A DNA stretch of 37,089 bases, from contig JBCCQY010000087.1 in the NCBI GenBank assembly GCA_039208735.1, positions 1 through 37,089 of the forward strand, given 5' to 3'. Position numbers and translations under genes: made by a program. The stretch is from Myxococcota bacterium (GTDB lineage Bacteria; Myxococcota_A; UBA796; GCA-2862545). Of this stretch, positions 36,883-37,089 are shown piece after piece. The notes under the pieces were generated by a model. That model worked only from the letters and a program-made list of their open reading frames with translations. It was not told the origin of the DNA and searched no databases. How positions within the stretch are numbered: the stretch's first letter is position 1; every line of letters begins with the position of its first letter.

Positions 36883-37089
36883 TACAGCGGTGCTCAGCGA
36901 AGTCGGTCAGGTCATGACACCGCATAGCCGCATCCTCGAGCCCAGGAGCGGCACAGCGTCGAGGTCACCTCATCCCACCGTCGCTTGGCGCAGGACACGA
37001 GGGTCTCGATCGAGCGGCTCGCGATGCGTCGGAGTTCGTGCTTGATCCAGGACCAGCAAAACTCGATGGCGTTGAATTCTGGCGAGTAG
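36883..37089 (-). mobile_element. Right end of an IS630-family insertion sequence (truncated by the window edge)
   Basis: Transposase C-terminus followed closely by ...GCTGAGCACCGCTG-TA, i.e. TA-CAGCG.. on the plus strand at 36883, the typical IS630 end and TA target. Confidence 0.8.
36912..37088 (-). CDS. IS630-family DDE transposase, C-terminal 58 aa (partial)
   Basis: Reverse strand reads YSPEFNAIEFCWSWIKHELR...WDEVTSTLCRSWARGCGYAVS*, the YSPxxNxIE motif and CGY end of IS630. Not in the ORF track because its start lies outside the window. Confidence 0.9.
   Translation of the reverse strand, partial: YSPEFNAIEFCWSWIKHELRRIASRSIETLVSCAKRRWDEVTSTLCRSWARGCGYAVS

Overview
A high-GC bacterial window with features typical of Myxococcota-like genomes (inferred from the many Ser/Thr kinases, STAND-TPR proteins, a caspase and lipoproteins). 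It holds about 21 intact CDS, one pseudogene and the end of an IS630 element; I found no rRNA, tRNA or CRISPR array. In order: a solo SLOG-family gene; a divergent FHA-regulator / kinase-FGE pair; a lipoprotein; a sulfatase-like membrane protein; and an accessory-looking block. That block has a tightly coupled three-gene operon (lipoprotein, membrane DUF1036-PDZ protein, signal-peptide-bearing HNH nuclease) preceded by a putative HTH/degenerate-NTPase/DUF6879-like regulator with a perfect 14-bp palindrome upstream. Then follow a chimeric kinase/beta-helix pseudogene, a vWA lipoprotein, an exported WD40-caspase, arsC, a small P-loop kinase, a Pls/PosA-type NRPS-like enzyme with an acyl-CoA-ligase-type A domain, a VPS10/BNR protein, a haem-less bacterioferritin, an ECF sigma factor with a kinase-STAND-TPR partner, a 28-repeat TSP3-like lipoprotein, a wHTH-STAND-TPR regulator, a small secreted protein and the IS630 end. 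The best candidates for undescribed biology are the exported HNH-nuclease operon (7195-9992, plus regulator to 11895) and the NRPS-like enzyme (18652-23010). All family calls come from motif recognition by eye, not database searches.
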